From the NCBI RefSeq assembly GCF_009914755.1, contig NC_060928.1: 64,000 nucleotides of DNA; one strand, written 5' to 3'. The notes under the pieces are model-generated. The model made no database searches and had not been told where the DNA came from. It worked only from the letters and a program-made list of their open reading frames with translations. Positions 57,513 to 64,000 of the stretch are shown here, piece after piece (position 1 is the first letter of the stretch; the number at the start of each line of letters is the position of its first letter). The stretch comes from the human T2T-CHM13v2.0 reference genome, Homo sapiens. A program made the position numbers and the translations under genes.

Positions 57513-60500
57513 AGATGAATGTTAAAATATTATGTCCATTCAATATCCTGTCTATTCAAGAACCAGAGGTAATACATGTTGGGTTTTCATAAGGGCCAGG
57601 TGAGGCCTGGGGCTAAAAGGCTGCTGGAGTCCCCTAAGGGGTCCTGATGAGTTTCCCAGCATCCAGTGAGCAGCTCTGCAGTGACAGGTGCTTCCTCATG
57701 TTTCATCCTGAACATTCTCCTTCAAACTACTTCATCTCTGCAGGATAATTCCACAGCCTCAAGCCAGGAAACTCCTCAGCAGCCCAGTTCCAGTGACTGA
57801 GTCCACTTTGAAGACACCTTGTTGTGGGCTGCCCATACTGTGAGGCCTGTACCCAACCAGCCCACTGGCCTTCAGTTCCATCAGGACTGGAAGCACCTGC
57901 ACACAGAGCTGAAAAGCAAACCTTTTTTATGACTGGACGTGAACATGTGCCGTGATAGCTATGGTAAGGCTGGTATGCTGACCCTGATTAATGTGCCTGA
58001 GCCCTGTGTACAGGGGCTTATAGGGTTGAGAAGCACTAATGGACTAATATTTTCTATTTCCACCTCAAAGACCCCAGCCAGTTAGGAAAATACTCCTCCC
58101 CAATGCCTGGGAACTGATGTTAATTATGCAACCTACACTCACATGGAGCTCTGCCCGGATTCTTTCTCTTCCCTTGGACAGTTAAACAGAATAGACTCTG
58201 CAGAGTCAGCTTACCCTTAATGTATCAGGTAGCTGCTTGTGGTGACTGAAATCTGCTCTGGCAGTTTCTCAAGTCCATGGTAGGTAGAGCTCCTTAGAAA
58301 CTCACCCAGAGGAGGTGAAGGAGTAAACGCAAAGTACATGGTGCTGGAAGCTTGTCATTCTCTTTGATGCCTTTGGTACAAAGTGAATGCTGCCCGAGAA
58401 AACTGAGGGGTATTGCTGATTATGGTCACAACCACACCTTCTCTGGGCAGGAAGGCTCGATAGTATTTAAGAATGAGGATTCTGAAATAATTCCCATCAT
58501 CACCGGTGGGAGTGTTGGGCCTGCCAAGCTCCTAGGGGTCACAACTGTGAACCTTCCAACATTTGTACTTTGTGTTAATATATATATATTTTTAAGCAAG
58601 TGTGACTCTAAGAGCCTGAGAGATTCACAGCTGTTGGTGACGAAGAGCTTGCTGTAGCGGGTGATTGGTGAGAAATGGTCTTCCTCTTGGGAGCTGTGCA
58701 GATTGACTGCTGATAAATAGCAGCAATCTCGTGCTCCACTGTGAAAGAGGAGCTTCTCTAGGATGGAGAATTTGAGAATGCGCTGGGTTGTCTAAGTCAA
58801 TCCACTTAGTTGATTGGGAAGAGTGTCATTTGGAAAAATGTGTTTTTAAAATATTGTTTGGAATAATTAGCATACAATTGGTGTATTTCTCCTTTAGTTG
58901 GTGGCAGAATCCAGGAGGAAGATATTTCATGGTCTATTTCATTTCCTTCATAGGAAATCTATTTTGTTTCTTTCATAGGAAATCTATTTTTTCTTTATGT
59001 ATCAGTCTATATTAAGGCAGTTGTGCCTATGTATTTGACACTTAAATGTGTACAAATGTGTCCATAATATGACTCGCACATGTCTGCACTGGGATGCTAA
59101 GAGGATATGTGGGGATTTTTATTGTATTTTTCTTCTCACTTAGTGTTTCCAGGTAAAGTTATGAGGACTTTTGTTAGTAATACAAGGTTAAGAACACCTT
59201 ATTGTGGACAACCCTGAATGTTGAACTTAGACTTTCAATTTTCAAACAGGTAGGTTCTTTATTTCCTATCGTGCCATCATGAATAAGTATTGAGTTAGGG
59301 GCATAAAATTAATTTTCTTAATTAAAGAGGTTAGCAAATTGGAAATGGGGTCACTTGGAGAAAATGAACGTTGTTGGCAAGGTGGTGTTTCCTTCTGGCT
59401 GCTCTATGAATTGATTTGTTCCCTCTCTTTACCCAGTTTTAGAGACCCTTGCATTCCTTGCCTCATGGCTCTGTATGTATCTTTCAGTGTGGAGACCTTG
59501 TTCGATGTCAGTGAGAGGCAGGACTCCCTTTGGCTACAGAATCGGCTCATGTTAATCTGATTGTCATCTCCATTTCCCCTTCCCTGTTCTTTTTTCTCTT
59601 TAATCACTTTTCTGACAGTGGTCTCCCTGGACAATCCAGGATAAGGATGATATTTTATATTGATTGTAACAAATTATTTTCTAAATATGCAATGAAGAGA
59701 ACTGTTTACTGCCATTTCTTATAGTGATTTGGATAACGGCGACAGTTTCATGGGCTATCTGAGCAGGGCAGGGTCTATAGGTGTTCAAACTCCACGTCCA
59801 GGGTCATGGAGGGTGCCATGAACCCAAATGCCTGAATGTCCCTACCTGTACTTCACAGGGCCAGGAGGAGGGGCTTGTTGCAATGATCAAAGCAAATACA
59901 TTCTGTTCTCTCGTCCTCCTTATTTTAGCCTTTTGATTTTTCTCTGGTCATCAGGAAATCTCCCTGTGGTCTTCAGCCATATTCTTTATAGCATTCATTT
60001 CACATATTTTTATGTAGTATTTTTTGGCTAAATATTTGTCTTACATTATTTGCCTAATGCCTGCTCCCATAACTTTGAGGATATGAACTCTATATACATC
60101 AGTCTCTTGATTTAAATTAACACTTTTGATTGAGTAAGATTTTGTTAAAGTTACTCTAAGTGGCTAGTCTCTTTGTCCTTTGGGTTCTTGTAGTGAATAT
60201 AAAACATGTCCATATGTATTAAACAGGCTCTTTCTGGAAATGTTTCCGTTGTTTACTTGGTGGGGATGTTCAGGATTGAAGGTCATAATGTATATCTATT
60301 TCCTCCCAAGTTCTGATGTCTTTGGTGCTGCTCCTGAAAATTTCCCACAGGAATTTGAATACTAGAAGGTTAGAGGTGGAGGTATGTTGTAGCTTATCTC
60401 TGGATTCCTTTGGAATGAATAAAAATTGTTGCAGACAGGTGCGGGATGGTCATCATCATGGGCAATATTGTGCCTTCTTGCTGAGTATCTAGGGCCCATC

Positions 60501-61474
60501 TAGGAGGCCTGGAGTGAAATTCCAAAACCTTTATAGTTGCATGGTGCCACGCTGCTACAGTTCACTGATGCTTAGCTAAACACTGTAAGCCAGTGGCACT
60601 TTCTGGGTGGAAGAGGCAGCTATTGATAATGCTTTCCAGCCATTAGCTTTGGTTTTGCTTTTTCTTGGAAAGCTTTCCTGATGGCATCAGGTCAGAGGTT
60701 GTAGGAGATGGTAATAAGAGGAAAATAAACAACTCCAGGTCTTCTCATAATGAATTGCTTTCTTAGCCACCCTGCAGCTCGCAAACGGACTGACTGAAGG
60801 AAGCTCAAGAAGACATAGAACCCCTCATCCTTCACACTGAGAAGCAGGCTTCCGAAACACACGGAGCTCCCTGGCCAGCCGGGAAGTCTGGGGATGTGGG
60901 CATCTTATTCTGGCAGTAAAGCTAAGAATTCAGGTTGTGTACTTACAATCTTCATGGTCCTCACGGATGAGCCCATATGACTCCAGGGTGCTCTGTGTGG
61001 TACTTTCTAGTAAACTGCTTGTAGTCTTTTTATGTTGGTCTTTGCTGCTATCTCATTAGTCATGCAACAATTGGGGCATGTTTAACTTCCTTCACTTTGG
61101 GTTTTCATCTTCATTACTTGTCTCAATCCTTGTTCCTATTGCTGGTGAATGGTTGTCTTGATGCTGTGACAAAGTGAAGATGAAACTTCGTTCTTTTTTG
61201 GTATAAGGGTGAAGAAAATCTTACAGTAAAAATGAACAGGAAGGTTGTAGCCATTCCATCTTGCTCTCTGAGCTCTGTATTTGAACAGAAGAGTCCTATT
61301 CTGTCTAAAACTGGGCATGGGTACTTCACTTCAGCAGCAAAGTAGAAGAGCAAGGAGCTCATTCCCAGTCCCTACACATCAATAAACCACATCTCCAGTA
61401 GGATCTCTTGAAACACTTGTGGTCTTGTGAGTGTTGTTCAATAACTGGCTCAAAAGAGGTCTCTTGGTTACTGT

Positions 61475-61506
61475 GGAAATTCTAAAACTGGGAAATTCTA
61501 AAACTG
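61475..61506 (+). repeat. Perfect 16-bp tandem duplication
   Basis: GGAAATTCTAAAACTG x2. Confidence 0.9.
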
Positions 61507-61892
61507 GGAAGACCCAGGTTTAGAAGACACTCTATATTGTGTGTCTCTTAAAGATAAAAAAAAACATCATAAAAGAGCCAGTTTGAATCTTTCCTCCCAA
61601 AACACACATTCCTGGAAATCCCAATTAGGAGTGTATTGTGGGACAAGATCTGCGGTAGTCTGGGACTATGTAGCTGGTTTCCCTGTTTCCTTCAGGAACA
61701 CAGCATGTGAGAGTGCTAAGCACTACTCAGATGATGTAAGTTGGAAACAATTAGATGTCACCATGTTTTGAATCATCCCATGGTCCCGTAGATAGAGCCT
61801 TAGTTTACATTACCTGGCGTATGAAATTGGATGTTGGTCCTCAACTTGTTAGAACCCTTAAGTCTCATGTATGGTTCATGCATTAAAAGGGC

Positions 61893-62190
<298 letters not shown>

Positions 62191-62267
62191 AGGGGTATAG
62201 TGGAATATAACACCCCCATTGGAGCTGAAGGGCATTTCATTGGAAACTTAAACATTGATCCAGTGGC

Positions 62268-62603
<336 letters not shown>

Positions 62604-63265
62604 TTACCTGTTTTTACACTACCTGCTAACTAGCATTGAAGGTATCCTTGGTGACCTTACTACAATCTTAAAAGGACCCTCCACTAAATATTATATGGAA
62701 AATTGCATGTTTTAATTTCCTGGTTAGTAGTCTGCTTGTTCTTGGAACTTTTCCTTAGTTGAGACAGATGACTAGTCTCACACCAGGTTAAAGTAGAGCT
62801 GCTCACAGATGTCACAAGGATCATCTACAGTGGAAGATCAAGGTTTTGATTGTAGATGTTTTAGCTGTGGTAGAGGCTCGTTAATACTAATGTCAAGATC
62901 TATGGATGTTGAGGGCTGGAGATCGTAAAGCTTTCCTAGTTGACGCTTCATAACTGCTGATGCTTTAGTCAGAAAAACAGTTACGGAAAAGTTTTCCTTT
63001 ACATCAAATCTTGCAGTAGTGGTAGGCATGTTACCTGTAAAATGACACAGCCTTCTTTCCATGAAGGGATAGTACTCAAAGATCATACTCTTTAAAACTT
63101 ACACCTGTCATGCAAACTGCAAATGTCAGCTGGATATTTTGAAATACTGCAAATGGAAAATGTGTGGTCTTGATTATCCAGGTGGGGACCTGGAATGATG
63201 TGACAGGAAATTCCTATATCGTTAAAAGCCTGTGCTTCAGAGAAGTATAATACAGAGGGGAAGAA

Positions 63266-63322
63266 TTATATGGTTTGACCCTGTCCTCACCCAAATCTCA
63301 TCTTGAATTGTAATAATCCCCA
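63266..63322 (+). mobile_element. THE1 LTR 5' end, interrupted by microsatellite
   Basis: ATATGGTTTG...CACCCAAATCTCATCTTGAATTGTAATAATCCCCA. Confidence 0.8.
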
Positions 63323-63482
63323 TATATATATATATATGTATATGTATGTATGTATGTATATATGTGTATATGTGTGTATATATATGTGTGTGTATGTGTA
63401 TGTGTGTGTATGTGTGTGTATATATGTGTATATATGTATATATGTATGTGTATATATGTGTATATATGTGTATATATGTATA
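63323..63482. repeat. (TA)n/(TG)n compound microsatellite
   Basis: Read directly from the sequence. Confidence 0.95.
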
Positions 63483-63567
63483 TCCTGAGATGATTCTGAA
63501 ATATTTCCTGTCGGCATTCCCAGTAAGACTGAACCACAACAGCCTAGAGGCAAGCAGCCCAAGGCTC

Positions 63568-63570
<3 letters not shown>

Positions 63571-63624
<54 letters not shown>

Positions 63625-64000
63625 CCCCATATATTTATATATACACTCATATGTACACATGCGTGCACATACGTACACATACATACACATACGTACACAT
63701 ATACACACATACATACATATACACACATATACACACATACACACATATACATATATACACACATACATACACATATACATACACATACACATACACACAT
63801 ATACACACACACATGCACACACATACACATACACACACATATACACACATACACACACACATATATACACATATATGCACATATATACACACATATACAC
63901 ATATATACACATACACACACACATATATACACACATACACACATGTACACATATATATACGTATATAATATATATACACATATACACATATATACACATA
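63571..64000. repeat. (AT)22 followed by (CA)/(TA) compound microsatellite
   Basis: Perfect AT run at 63571-63614, then TACA/CACA repeats. Confidence 0.95.

Noticed and set aside
63237-63999. Long ORFs up to 250 aa
   Set aside because: Translations of TA/TG/CA microsatellites.

Overview
Primate, human-like non-coding DNA: it contains Alu, L1PA/L1PB and THE1, is strongly CpG-depleted and looks T/G-rich on the + strand by eye. I found no credible protein-coding gene, RNA gene or CpG island; the listed ORFs are L1, Alu, LTR, microsatellite or chance frames. Almost the whole window is an old, degenerate head-to-tail array of a ~10-13 kb unit. Unit starts are near 1105, 13226, 29593, ~44410 and 57593, with an extra partial segment at ~14200-19080; aligned blocks are roughly 70-80% identical by eye. 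The unit carries shared ancient insertions (an MLT1 LTR, two LTR33-like LTRs and a MER2-ended Tigger remnant with a recognisable transposase C-terminus) and appears to be built from an older ~6 kb dimer. Younger transposons are each confined to one unit. On top of this, the array shows several locally templated, often inverted, insertions, many 2-5 bp microhomology deletions in its transposons, and loss of sense-strand AATAAA signals. Together these suggest a long, heavily germline-transcribed + strand non-coding unit (lncRNA or piRNA-precursor type). That function is inference, I could not name the locus, and repeat family calls rest on consensus sequences recalled from memory.
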